Origin: Christensenellales bacterium
Lineage (GTDB): Bacteria > Bacillota > Clostridia > Christensenellales > CAG-917
Length of the DNA stretch: 64,000 nucleotides
Assembly (NCBI GenBank): GCA_051883555.1
Contig: JBJETY010000036.1
Coordinates: 3,671 to 67,670, forward strand
Reading direction: 5' to 3'
The translations under genes were made by a program, and so were the position numbers. The notes under the pieces are model-generated. The model saw only the letters and a list, made by a program, of their open reading frames with translations, searched no databases and was not told the origin of the DNA. Below are positions 20,742 to 30,715 of the stretch, piece by piece; position 1 is the stretch's first letter, and the number at the start of each line of letters is the position of its first letter.

Positions 20742-20860
20742 TCGGTCGATAAAATCGCCCGTAAACGATAGACAATGCACAAACGTCAGACAATGCGTAA
20801 ACGATAAACCGCACGCAAAGTCTGACCGTGCGTAAAACTTATATGACGATTTACAGTTAT

Positions 20861-20890
20861 AAAAAGGAGTGCAAACGCACTCCTTTTTTA
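20861..20890. terminator. Bidirectional intrinsic terminator
   Basis: AAAAAGGAGTGC-aaac-GCACTCCTTTTTT. Confidence 0.85.
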
Positions 20891-20899
20891 TTTGATTTC

Positions 20900-20952
20900 T
20901 TATGACGATTTATTTCCTTTTGACGATGTATTTCCTTTATGACTTTTATTTC
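20900..20952. repeat. 3 x 18-bp degenerate tandem repeat
   Basis: ttatgacgatttatttcc / ttttgacgatgtatttcc / tttatgacttttatttc. Confidence 0.7.
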
Positions 20953-22232
20953 TTTTCAAGTTTTTCCTGCCACTTGGAAATCTTTACGACGTCGTATTTT
21001 TCAGGAATTTTTAAAGCAGTTTTCTTTGCCTTTAACGCTTTTACAAGAATCGGAATAAGCGGTTTTAAAAGTTTAAAATTCTTTAACGCCAACTTAATTT
21101 TGCCTCTGACGAAACCTTTTGGCAATTCGGCGTCCTGAGAAGTGGATAAAGCGTTGAAATCTTCACTCGTTATTATTCCGCTTGCAAAAACCTTATTTAC
21201 GTAATCGGCGTCCAAAAGTTCCAATGCCGCATTTTTTAAGCGGTCTATAAGAACGAAATCGCCGCCGATTTGCTTATAATAGTCGTATTCATACGCCCAA
21301 AGAGCGTCAATGCCGCAACCGCGTTTTATCACGTTATCCGACAAAATCGCACCGGCTTTCATTGCCGATTCGATACCGCTGCCCATAAGCGGCATAGGCA
21401 TAAACGCACTGTCTCCGACTGCCGCATAACCTTTTACGACGAATATCGGAAGCGAACATCTCGTGCAGATAGTCACGTGCTTCGAGCGCAATTCTTTTCC
21501 GTTTAAAAATTCGTATCTACCTTTCAAATCGCTCATGGCTTTTTCTTCCGCTTCCGACGACAATCCGCCGAATCGGGCTATAAGCAAATCGCCTTCACCT
21601 TCCGCTCCGTAATTGCACCACGATATTCCCTTTTCGCCGTTGTGAAATAAAATCAATTCACAAGGCACTTCGGGTTTATCCGAGTTGTAATCGTAGAACG
21701 CTCTGAAAGCACCGAGAAAATCGTTTTCGCGTTTTTTATATTTTAAAAGTCCAAGCCCTACAAGTTCTTCGCGTAAAACCGAATCTCTTCCGCTTGCGTC
21801 AATGACAAGATCGCAATAAATTTCTTTACTGCCTGCCTTTATTCCTACAACCTCGTTTCCTTCTACGCACAGACTGCCGACCTCTTTTCCCACGTTTACT
21901 GCTACACCTTTTTCGGTAGCAAGGTCGATAAGATACTTAGCAAACTTTCTGCGGTTTACAGAAATTTCATCTTTAGGCTTTGGCAACACGATATTGCTTT
22001 TAAAATCAGGCGAAATAAAGCGCCATTGCTTTTTAGGCTCATAACAGCTTTCCGGCGGACAAGGTATACCGGTTTTGTCGAAGACTTCGAGCATTATATC
22101 GTCATACCAATCATAACTTACGTCCGACAGATTATTCTTTTCATAAAGCGATACTTCGTTGCCCGCTTCAGCAAGTTTTATCGCAGCTACAAGACCGCCG
22201 TGTCCCGCACCGACTATCACAATTTTTGCCAT
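20946..22232 (-). CDS. FAD-dependent oxidoreductase (geranylgeranyl-reductase-like family)
   Basis: N-terminal dinucleotide fold IVIVGAGHGGLVAAIKLAEAG...YEK. 428 aa. Confidence 0.8.
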   Translation of the reverse strand: MAKIVIVGAGHGGLVAAIKLAEAGNEVSLYEKNNLSDVSYDWYDDIMLEVFDKTGIPCPPESCYEPKKQWRFISPDFKSNIVLPKPKDEISVNRRKFAKYLIDLATEKGVAVNVGKEVGSLCVEGNEVVGIKAGSKEIYCDLVIDASGRDSVLREELVGLGLLKYKKRENDFLGAFRAFYDYNSDKPEVPCELILFHNGEKGISWCNYGAEGEGDLLIARFGGLSSEAEEKAMSDLKGRYEFLNGKELRSKHVTICTRCSLPIFVVKGYAAVGDSAFMPMPLMGSGIESAMKAGAILSDNVIKRGCGIDALWAYEYDYYKQIGGDFVLIDRLKNAALELLDADYVNKVFASGIITSEDFNALSTSQDAELPKGFVRGKIKLALKNFKLLKPLIPILVKALKAKKTALKIPEKYDVVKISKWQEKLEKK

Positions 22233-22249
22233 AATTTTTCCCCAACGTT

Positions 22250-23065
22250 TTATTTGATATTTTCTATTACGTCGGCAATAGAATCCAATTCATTGCCTTC
22301 AAAAAGTTCGATAAGTCCTTTATCGGATTGCTGTGCATAATCTTTTTTTATCGGCAACTCCGCAACAGACGCTATTCCGAATTTTTCTGCCGTATCCTTT
22401 GCCTTTCCTTCTCCGAAAGGATAAATTTTTTCTTTGCACGCAGGGCACTCAACGTATGAAAGGTTTTCGACAAGGCCTAAGATAGGTACGTTCATAAGTT
22501 TTGCCATATTGACGGCCTTTTCTACAATCATCGATACCAATTCCTGCGGCGACGTAACAATAACTATGCCGTCAATCGGCAAAGACTGAAACACTGTAAG
22601 CGGAACGTCTCCCGTTCCAGGCGGCATATCTACGAACAGAAAATCCAAATCGCCCCAGATTACGTCCGTCCAGAATTGCTTTACCATACCCGCAATTACA
22701 GGTCCGCGCCATACGACGGGCGCCGTCGGGTCGTCCAACAATAAATTTACGGATACTACCTTTATACCTTTTTTTGTCTGTGCGGGATATAGTCCCGTAT
22801 TGTCGCCGTCGAGCTTTCCGCCAAGACCGAACATTTTCGGTATGGACGGTCCCGTAATATCGGCGTCCATTATGCCCACTTTATTTCCGCGACGATTCAA
22901 CGTGACGGCAAGCGTCGAAGTTACCATCGATTTGCCTACTCCGCCTTTACCGCTGACAACGCCTATTACTTTTTTTACACGACTTAACTCGTGCGGTTTT
23001 TCAATCATGCTTTTTGACGAACAATCTTTATTGCAACTAGAACAATCATGCGAACACTCGCTCAT
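22250..23065 (-). CDS. Mrp/NBP35 (ApbC-type) Fe-S cluster carrier ATPase
   Basis: Deviant Walker A GKGGVGKS, CPxC-type motif (ECPACKEK), Cys-rich N-terminus CSHDCSSCNKDCSS. Confidence 0.88.
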   Translation of the reverse strand: MSECSHDCSSCNKDCSSKSMIEKPHELSRVKKVIGVVSGKGGVGKSMVTSTLAVTLNRRGNKVGIMDADITGPSIPKMFGLGGKLDGDNTGLYPAQTKKGIKVVSVNLLLDDPTAPVVWRGPVIAGMVKQFWTDVIWGDLDFLFVDMPPGTGDVPLTVFQSLPIDGIVIVTSPQELVSMIVEKAVNMAKLMNVPILGLVENLSYVECPACKEKIYPFGEGKAKDTAEKFGIASVAELPIKKDYAQQSDKGLIELFEGNELDSIADVIENIK

Positions 23066-23124
23066 ACAAAACTCCTTTAAATATCATGTGTACAGTTATA
23101 GTATAAACCATTTATTAAATTTGT

Positions 23125-23418
23125 CTAACAAAAAAACTCTTTTTTTACCTTTTCTCCGTCAAATTGCACGCCTTCCGCTTCTAAAAGCGCTTTTTGTCTT
23201 TCTTTGCCGCCAAAAGCAAAACTTTCTGCCAGACTGCCGTCCTTAAAAACTACTCGGTAACAAGGAATATGCTGAGGGTCGGGATTTTTATGAAGAGCGT
23301 ATCCGACTTGTCTTGCAAGCCCCTTATGTCCGCTTACCGCCGCAATGAAACCGTAGCTTGCAACTTTGCCGTAAGGTATTGCCTTTACCGCCTGATATAC
23401 ATCGTCGTAAAAACTCAT
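23125..23418 (-). CDS. MGMT-family (O6-alkylguanine-DNA alkyltransferase DNA-binding domain) protein
   Basis: 97 aa with a PCYRVV motif in the position of PCHRV. Single-domain form. Confidence 0.8.
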   Translation of the reverse strand: MSFYDDVYQAVKAIPYGKVASYGFIAAVSGHKGLARQVGYALHKNPDPQHIPCYRVVFKDGSLAESFAFGGKERQKALLEAEGVQFDGEKVKKEFFC

Positions 23419-23450
23419 AAAACACCTCGATAATTTTAACTTAAATTTGC

Positions 23451-23510
23451 GTTAATTCAATTTTAGTTAATTCAATTTTAGTTAATCTAATTTGAGTTAA
23501 TCTAATTTGA
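23451..23510. repeat. 4 x 15-bp tandem repeat
   Basis: gttaattcaatttta x2 followed by gttaatctaatttga x2, head to tail. Confidence 0.85.
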
Positions 23511-23827
23511 GCTGAAATTAGATTCTAAATTAAACTCTATACGTTTAAGTGCAACTATCGTACGACCTTAAACCGTTTCATTTTTTATCGTACTTTTCCA
23601 TTTAAATTGCCGGAATAAATTTTTGCTCGATTTTAACCGATTTCAAATCGGCACCGTTTATAATATCATATATCATTTTACGTTTAAAATCAATACGCAA
23701 ACGCAAAGGCTTATAACTCGCAACGATTTATGACGCGCCACTCCGACAAAAAAACAAAAGACAACGCCGTTGCGTTGCCTAACTTATTTTGCCTGTCATC
23801 TTAAATTGTCGACTTATACTAATAATT

Positions 23828-26593
23828 CTATATGTTTAGTCTAAGATATTCCTTAAACGCGTCAAACGTTATAGGTACGGCTATGTAAAATCCCTGAAGC
23901 ACGTCGCAACCGATACATTCCAAAAATTCAGCCTGTTGTTTTGTTTCGACGCCTTCCGCCACAACGCTTATTCCCAGCGTTTTTGCCAATACGGTAATAG
24001 TGCTGATTATCGTTTTACTTGCTTCTCCGCCCGACGACGAAAAGCCGATAAAGTTCCTTGAAATCTTAAGCTCCGACACCTTTAACTCGTTTAAAACCGC
24101 AAGCGACGAATTTGCCGTGCCGAAATCGTCAAGAGCTACTCTTATGCCGTTATCTTCCAGCGCCTTTATGGTTTTTGACAGAGTTCTGAAACTTTTACAT
24201 TCACCTCGTTCCGTTATCTCGATGGTAAAAGATATATTTTCTTTTGCCGTTTCTTTAAGGCTTAAAACCGTCTTAATATAATCGTGGCTGACAAAAGTCG
24301 AGACCGCCTGATTGATGCTTAAACAAACTTTTCCATAGCTTTCCAGTTCGGCAGAACGTTTAAACGCTTTTTTCAATACGTATAAATCAAATTCCTTCAT
24401 AAGAGAATTTTTTTCGAGAAGCGGAATAAACACGTTAGGCATAACGAGTCCGAACGTAGGGCTATTCCATCTTGTAAGCACTTCACCGCCCAAATCGTTT
24501 TTTTTGCAATACTTATATGGCTGTACGTAAACCTCAAATTCGTCGTTAACAATTGCGGCAATAAGGATCTCTTTCACCTTTGAAGGCAAACATTTTTTTT
24601 CGCTTGCAGCGTATTCTTCATCATCTAAGATAAGCGTTCTTATGTCAATGCTGTCGTACACGGTAAAGGACGCGCCCTTTTTCTTTTTCGATTCGTAAAG
24701 AGCGTTATCGGCACATTGATAAAGTTCGTCGAACGTGTCCCCGTCTTTCGGACGAAGTGCAACCCCTATGCTGATTGACGTTTCCACGCCTTTTTCTACG
24801 GTAGATTGTGTAATCGTTTTTATAATTCTTCTTGCAAGCACAGATACTTCGTTGTCCATTTTAAGGCCTGCAAGATATACGCAGAATTCATCGCCGCCGA
24901 ATCGTGAAACGGCTTTGACGAAAGGACATATAGAGTTGAGACTCTTTAAAGCGTCTGCAACTGCCATAAGCACTCTGTCACCCGTCATATGACCGAAACT
25001 GTCGTTAATATTTTTAAAATTATCTATATCGATAAGCATCAACGCGTCGACCGTATTCGCTTCAACTTTAAGTTCTGAAACCTTGTAGGAAAAAGTTTCA
25101 CGGTTATAAAGTTTGGTCATACCGTCCGTCTGCGCTTTGTCTTTTAACTCCTCTCTTTCAATATGCCCTGCCGTTACGTCCTCGACAATTCCTATAAAGC
25201 AATCTTTTTCCTTAGACGTCTCGAAAATAAAATTCGCAGTGATTTTAAAATATTTTTTCAATCTTTCGCAATAAAATTCATATTCGAAAATTTCGTTATC
25301 GGCAAGCGAATTGAAAATGGTTGTAATGTTATCTATATCATCCGCACTGAGATAATTAAGTTCAACCAATTTATCCATTTTATACTCCGTAGAATCAAGT
25401 CCTAAAAGATTTTTGGTTATCTCACTGCAATATACGACGTCGTTTTTCAAGTCGTATTCAAAAGTATATCTTTTAAGCAATTCAAAAACAATTTTTGACT
25501 TTTGTATTTCCTTATGTTTCTCATGCTTTAAGTAACTGATCAGCAACGCTATTACAACTACGATAACCGCCATAAATACGCTGACCATAATCATAACTTT
25601 TTTAGAAAAATCAATATATTTATGTGCGTACGCTTCTATCTTAGCATTTTCTACAAGCGTTACAAGCACCCAATTCTGCGCTATTTCATCGCTAAAGCCT
25701 TCAATATTTCTTGTTACGGCATAATAGTCGCCCCCGCTAAGGCTCACTTCGGTTATTGCGTCGCCTATATCGGGCAGCAGCGCCAACTCTTCATCCGTTA
25801 TACCCGAGTCGGTAGTTACCACTGAAACTTCATCGCCGCGTTTATTAATCAACGCATAATTTGCATAATTATCGCTCATTAGCTTTATCAGCAGTTTATT
25901 GATTTTTTCTATAACGTATCCGATAAAAATGACGCCGACAACGGTTTCTGCACTTTTGATAGGCGCAAATACTACGAAACTTTCTTCACCCGTTATTGCA
26001 GATTTTGCGGTAGAAAAAATACAATTCTCGCCGTTCAAAGATTTTTGAAATTCGCTGAGAAAAGAAATATTGAGGATCCTTGCTCCGTAAGACGTTCCGT
26101 CCGACACGTAGTCGTTTAAATAGCAATTGCCCTCAACGTTAGCAATTTGAATATAATTCAAATCTTTTTCACGGCTATAAGATTCTATGACGTTTTCTAC
26201 CTCAGAGATGACTTTAACGTTTTTAACAGTAATTTCTTTGTCGGAACCGACTTCTTTAACGGTCGTTTCGGAATTGTTAAAAATATTCCCTCCCGCCACG
26301 TCATACAACAAAGCAGACAAAGTGTTAATTTCAGAGATTAATTCGGAAAAATAAGTTTCTATTGCAATTTCGTTTGAATCGCTAAGACCTTTTACGTCGT
26401 TAAAAATTCTTTCCTTTTCCGTCTTGTAAATAAACTTTCCCAATTCGCTGGGCATGACGATAACTATCGTCATACTAATAGCGATAAGAATAATACCGAT
26501 TATATAAAATATGTTTTTATGTTTAAGTTTAATCATAACTACCCGATAAATAATCTCGTTATTTAAATCTAAATGCGGAATTTTGATTGACAA
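23828..26593 (-). CDS. Membrane sensor diguanylate cyclase/phosphodiesterase (Cache-like periplasmic domain, PAS-like, GGDEF, EAL)
   Basis: GGDEF motif (RFGGDEFCVY). EAL-domain motifs EVLTRW, DDFGTANSS and EGVETKQQ. Two TM segments flank an extracytoplasmic domain. The true start is possibly M20 at 26536. Confidence 0.9.
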   Translation of the reverse strand: MSIKIPHLDLNNEIIYRVVMIKLKHKNIFYIIGIILIAISMTIVIVMPSELGKFIYKTEKERIFNDVKGLSDSNEIAIETYFSELISEINTLSALLYDVAGGNIFNNSETTVKEVGSDKEITVKNVKVISEVENVIESYSREKDLNYIQIANVEGNCYLNDYVSDGTSYGARILNISFLSEFQKSLNGENCIFSTAKSAITGEESFVVFAPIKSAETVVGVIFIGYVIEKINKLLIKLMSDNYANYALINKRGDEVSVVTTDSGITDEELALLPDIGDAITEVSLSGGDYYAVTRNIEGFSDEIAQNWVLVTLVENAKIEAYAHKYIDFSKKVMIMVSVFMAVIVVVIALLISYLKHEKHKEIQKSKIVFELLKRYTFEYDLKNDVVYCSEITKNLLGLDSTEYKMDKLVELNYLSADDIDNITTIFNSLADNEIFEYEFYCERLKKYFKITANFIFETSKEKDCFIGIVEDVTAGHIEREELKDKAQTDGMTKLYNRETFSYKVSELKVEANTVDALMLIDIDNFKNINDSFGHMTGDRVLMAVADALKSLNSICPFVKAVSRFGGDEFCVYLAGLKMDNEVSVLARRIIKTITQSTVEKGVETSISIGVALRPKDGDTFDELYQCADNALYESKKKKGASFTVYDSIDIRTLILDDEEYAASEKKCLPSKVKEILIAAIVNDEFEVYVQPYKYCKKNDLGGEVLTRWNSPTFGLVMPNVFIPLLEKNSLMKEFDLYVLKKAFKRSAELESYGKVCLSINQAVSTFVSHDYIKTVLSLKETAKENISFTIEITERGECKSFRTLSKTIKALEDNGIRVALDDFGTANSSLAVLNELKVSELKISRNFIGFSSSGGEASKTIISTITVLAKTLGISVVAEGVETKQQAEFLECIGCDVLQGFYIAVPITFDAFKEYLRLNI

Positions 26594-26761
26594 TCATATA
26601 AGACGCATGCCACTATACGCTTCTGCTAACCACGTACAGCCGTATCGATATTTTCTTTAAAATTTTATCTTTGGTAGAAATCAAATCAAACCGTCTTAAG
26701 TATAAAAAAATATAAACAAAACGCACAAAGTGCATATTTAAAATGTTATATTTACTTTAAC

Positions 26762-26800
26762 AAAAAAAAGTTGATTATGCAAGCATAATCAACTAAAATT
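26762..26800 (-). terminator. Intrinsic terminator ending the ksgA-downstream gene pair
   Basis: AGTTGATTATGC-aa-GCATAATCAACT, with a T run on the minus strand. Confidence 0.8.
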
Positions 26801-26918
26801 CTATAATATTCGACACTTTTTGCAAAGCGGTTTCATTTACCATTTCTCAGAATTTTATTTTGACAATTTATTTTCGGACGGCAAACTCTACCCGCTTTGT
26901 GTGTACAGTCCTTTAACA

Positions 26919-27668
26919 TTAGTACAAAGAATAGTTATATAATCTGGTATATATTTTACTCTTCTCTACGTTTACAAAATCAACCACCCTGAATTCATCG
27001 CCGACAAGTTCCATAATCACAAAGAAATCGCTGTATATAAACCCCATGTAAGTTTCATATTCCGGTCTTTGCTGCCTGCGGTATTGCATAGCGGATTTAA
27101 AGGACAAATTTACGAGTCTTGCTATTTCTTTAACCGCAGCGTTAAATTCTATCGGATATTTAAAATAAAATTCATGCGGATAATACAACAATAAATTCTT
27201 TTTAAAATCCAACTTCTGCAAAAATACTTTTATATCCGATTCCGCAACGGTCAACGGCGAAGTAGATTCCATAAGAATATTCAACTCCGCAAGACTGTAT
27301 TTTAAAAGAGCAATATGCAAAACTGTGCAAATAAGATTTTTATCGCTTTTCGGCGGAGTAGTCATAAATTTACCCTGTTTCCCCAAAAGCTCGGTTTGGT
27401 CGGACAAAAGGCTCAACGCTCTAAGCCTTGTCTGGCTTGCCGTCAGTTTAAAGTCCAGCCCGTACGAACCTGCATAACAGTCGCATTCGCCATGGGCCTC
27501 GCTGTTCGGACGAACGAACGGCTTAAAACCTACCCGTTCTCTTAAAAACATAGACGAGTTGACAAATTCGACCATATATAATTCATAATTACATTCGCTG
27601 TCGCCCTTAACGCTTCCTTTTATAAGTACCTGCGACGGCAACAAACGATAGTGTAAACGCTTGTCCAT
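26919..27668 (-). CDS. Hypothetical protein (249 aa), no family recognised
   Basis: Long ORF with native-looking codon usage, its own promoter and a terminator. No SD before the ATG. A possible nuclease-like E..CD-x9-DFK motif is speculative. Confidence 0.6.
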   Translation of the reverse strand: MDKRLHYRLLPSQVLIKGSVKGDSECNYELYMVEFVNSSMFLRERVGFKPFVRPNSEAHGECDCYAGSYGLDFKLTASQTRLRALSLLSDQTELLGKQGKFMTTPPKSDKNLICTVLHIALLKYSLAELNILMESTSPLTVAESDIKVFLQKLDFKKNLLLYYPHEFYFKYPIEFNAAVKEIARLVNLSFKSAMQYRRQQRPEYETYMGFIYSDFFVIMELVGDEFRVVDFVNVEKSKIYTRLYNYSLY

Positions 27669-27674
27669 ATTTTT

Positions 27675-27703
27675 ATTATACCATTCGGAAAACTATATTT
27701 CAA
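27675..27703 (-). promoter_or_regulatory. Extended -10 sigma-A promoter positioned for a leaderless mRNA
   Basis: Minus strand reads TTGAAA (27703-27698), 17 nt, TGgTATAAT (-10 at 27680-27675), then 6 nt (aaaaat), then ATG at 27668. Confidence 0.55.
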
Positions 27704-27705
27704 TA

Positions 27706-28755
27706 TTATATTTTAACGACGTCTTCGCGACTTATGCACTTACCCGTTTTTGCGTCCTGAAAAATCATCCATACGCCGCCGTCGTCGTCTATATCCACGT
27801 ATTGCGCCACGTCTTTTATCTCGTCAGGCGGCAAAACTTTATCATTTCCCGGGATGCCGTAACAAACGTATATTACTTCGTCAAGTTCGTAAATCAGACC
27901 CACGACGTAATATTCGTCTTCACAGTCTACCCTTATCCATTTTGAATTCGGCAGTCGCTCTGTGAGTCTGCTTTCTACGGGATAACATATAAACATTTCG
28001 TCTAACTGAGATTTTACGGCCTGATAAAAGTTGTTTCCGACAAATTCTATTCCGCCGAAAAATATTGTCGGCTCTTTTCGGACGGAAGGTTGCTGCTCTG
28101 AATTTTCATTTGTTTCCGTAGCTTTTTTTGCGATATCATCACCGTGTGGACATTCCGCTTTTTTGTCGGCGTTTTTGCTCATCAAACCGATTTCAGACTG
28201 CCTGGAATCTTCGATGTCAGGTGCGCCTTCCGATTGTACGGAAGTTTTGGCGGATTGCCCGTTTAATTCAGTTCTCTCTTTCTTCTCTTTTACCTCTGCT
28301 TCTTCGATAAATTTATCTGTGTCGTCGGAAAAATCCACGTCGTTTTTTTCTTCGCCGTCCGCCGCGTTTTTTTCTTCAGCATCCGCCTTTTTGTCCTTTG
28401 TTCCGCTTCCCTTTTTATCGTCAATCGGAAGTTCATCGGATATCTTCTCTTTTTTATATTTGTCGTCATATGCGGATAAAAGATGATAACACCTATCTTT
28501 TTTGCCGTTAACGCCGCTGTACACTTCGCCGTCTGTAAGCAATACCGCACTGACGTCGTCTGAAATACTTCCCGAAAACTCCGTTATGCCGCACGTTAAA
28601 TTCAATTCAAATTCCATGCCGCAGTCTATAAGAAGCGTAGACGGATATTTAATATTTTCGCTCAAAGCTACCTTTATTCTGCCGTTTGATTCGGAAAGCT
28701 TTAAAACTTCCTTTTTTGAACCGTTCTTCAAAATTACAATTACTTTCTGAAACAT
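27706..28755 (-). CDS. Hypothetical protein (349 aa): two globular domains joined by a long K/E/D-rich low-complexity linker
   Basis: Long ORF directly downstream of ksgA. The C-terminal region (YYVVGLIYE...YVCYGIPG) looks like a conserved clostridial domain that I cannot name. Confidence 0.65.
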   Translation of the reverse strand: MFQKVIVILKNGSKKEVLKLSESNGRIKVALSENIKYPSTLLIDCGMEFELNLTCGITEFSGSISDDVSAVLLTDGEVYSGVNGKKDRCYHLLSAYDDKYKKEKISDELPIDDKKGSGTKDKKADAEEKNAADGEEKNDVDFSDDTDKFIEEAEVKEKKERTELNGQSAKTSVQSEGAPDIEDSRQSEIGLMSKNADKKAECPHGDDIAKKATETNENSEQQPSVRKEPTIFFGGIEFVGNNFYQAVKSQLDEMFICYPVESRLTERLPNSKWIRVDCEDEYYVVGLIYELDEVIYVCYGIPGNDKVLPPDEIKDVAQYVDIDDDGGVWMIFQDAKTGKCISREDVVKI

Positions 28756-28757
28756 AA

Positions 28758-28787
28758 AAACCTCGCATTACACATTATGCAAGGTTT
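28758..28787 (-). promoter_or_regulatory. Terminator-like hairpin that sequesters the SD of the 349-aa gene
   Basis: Minus strand reads AAACCUUGCAU-aaugugua-AUGCGAGGUUU, an 11-bp stem with one G-U pair. GAGG lies in the 3' arm, followed by UU and then AUG at 28755. Confidence 0.5.
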
Positions 28788-29277
28788 AAAAAAATATACC
28801 GCAAAATCGTCAATATACGTTAAAGCCGATAAATAAACGAAATCGAAAAACGAAAGACGAATTAGTATTTCCGTTTACCTTAGATTTTCTTTTAAAGTCG
28901 CTCAAAAATTCGATTTGCTTAGCTTTTTACAACTTTATGTTTTCCTTTAAAAACTATTTTTATATAAAACCTTTTACATAAACTCTTTTTAATAAACTAT
29001 ATAAAACTCTTTTTTATAAAAGCTCTTTATATTTAAAACTCTTTATATCCGTAGATATGCGGGATTTTAACGACTGAATTATTTATGTCTTAACTTATTT
29101 ATAAAACTCTTAATATCCGAAATTATTTAAATCCGAATTATTTAAAGCTAAAACTTTTATAACCGAATTCTATTTATCGCTTAATTTCTTTATCGCTAAA
29201 ATCTTTATAACTGAAATCCATTTATAAAAATTTAAAATCAACGAATTGAAAACGAAGTTCAATCTTTGCAATAAAGA

Positions 29278-30111
29278 TTAGCGATAAATTACACCGTAAA
29301 TTTTGACGTAATCGTCAAGACTAAGTTGCTCACCGCGAACGTTTTCGTCCATATCGCACTCTTTCAATATTTCGACCGCCTTCTCTTTAGATATGCCGTA
29401 TCCCGCCATGAGATTGTTCGTAAGCATTTTTCGCCGCATTGCAAAGGATATTCGCACAAGTTTTGACAATTTTTTAAGGTCAATACCGCTGAGTTTATTG
29501 CGGTCTACGTCGATTTTAACGACGGCACTGTCAACGTTAGGCACCGGGAAAAACATTTTTCTGTTTACGTCACGGGTTATACGCGCCCTACCGTACGTTT
29601 CGACGGCAAGAGAAATGGTCCCGTATGATTTGCTTTTGCAATCGGCTACAAGTCTGTCGGCTACTTCCTTTTGCACCATTACCGTAACGGATTCCACGTC
29701 GAGACCGCTCTCTAAAAACCGCATTATCATAGGCGTTGTAACGTAATACGGAAGATTTGCAACGACTTTAAACTTTTTGCCGACAATCGATTCAAGCTCT
29801 TCGTCGCTTAGCTTTAAAACGTCTTTAAAAACCACTTCAACGTTTTCTATGCCCTTTAACGAAACGTCGAGAATGGGTATAAGGTTTTTATCCAATTCGA
29901 AGCTGAATACCTTTTTAGCCTTTTGAGCAAGGGCTCTTGTAAGCGTACCGGCTCCCGTACCTATTTCAACGACGGTGTCGTCGGCGTCCACCGCGGCGTC
30001 GCTTGCTATTGCATTAAGCAAATTGGTATCGGTTATGAAATTTTGTCCTAACGCTTTGTTATATCGATAATTAGTGGCAATTAAAATATCTTTTACGTTT
30101 ATTTCACTCAT
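29278..30111 (-). CDS. rsmA: 16S rRNA (adenine1518/1519-N6)-dimethyltransferase RsmA/KsgA
   Basis: LGQNFI motif, SAM-binding VVEIGTGAGTLT, NLPY motif. 277 aa. Confidence 0.95.
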   Translation of the reverse strand: MSEINVKDILIATNYRYNKALGQNFITDTNLLNAIASDAAVDADDTVVEIGTGAGTLTRALAQKAKKVFSFELDKNLIPILDVSLKGIENVEVVFKDVLKLSDEELESIVGKKFKVVANLPYYVTTPMIMRFLESGLDVESVTVMVQKEVADRLVADCKSKSYGTISLAVETYGRARITRDVNRKMFFPVPNVDSAVVKIDVDRNKLSGIDLKKLSKLVRISFAMRRKMLTNNLMAGYGISKEKAVEILKECDMDENVRGEQLSLDDYVKIYGVIYR

Positions 30112-30400
30112 ACGTATATAATGCTTTAAAATTAAAAAAATAGCAAATAATTTAAAAAGATTGGTATATTTTTTTTATTCGGGGACAAATTAATAATGTA
30201 CCAAAGATAAATCGTCAAGGTACAAAAGATAAAAAGGCAATAGCCTTTCGTTAGCAACATAATCAAGCTGTCTAATACCATAAATTGAGCGTATATTGCA
30301 AAAATTCAAGCATATTGCAATGAGTTGGCGTATATCGCAAAGATTTAAGATAGTAAATCTGTATGATTAATGAATTGTGTTGCTAATACGTAAAATGAAA

Positions 30401-30435
30401 AATGCACTCGGCGATACTCCGAGCGCATTTTTTTA
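30401..30435. terminator. Intrinsic terminator between tatD and ksgA (bidirectional in form)
   Basis: AATGCACTCGG-cgatact-CCGAGCGCATT followed by TTTTTT, with an A run on the other side. Confidence 0.75.
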
Positions 30436-30715
30436 TTATAGAATTTCTTATTATAGAATTTCTTTATTGTTGAATTTTTATATTGCATTAAAATTATGTC
30501 GTAACAATTTACAAATACGTCGTAATCTATTTGCCTTGGCTATGACCCGATTTGTCTTGGCAACGTTTGATTGCGCTAAATTATATCGTAAAACTATTTT
30601 GTGAAATCTCTTTTCGGCGATATATCAAGAAACTTTTTTACAATATCTTTTTACAATTTCCTTTGCGTTTTTATTTTATCATTTCTATTGATTTATATCG
30701 CTATTTCCCATCTCG

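Noticed and set aside
23451-23510. The tandem repeat arrays here, and at 39915-40160 and 34362-34486, could be CRISPR arrays.
   Set aside because: The units are contiguous with no unique spacers, are degenerate rather than identical, are short (15-39 bp), and no cas genes are present.
23828-24650. The EAL domain reads EVL instead of EAL, which could indicate a degenerate, inactive phosphodiesterase.
   Set aside because: EVL occurs in active EAL enzymes. The other catalytic motifs (DDFGT, EGVE, QG) appear intact, so there is no basis to call it inactive.
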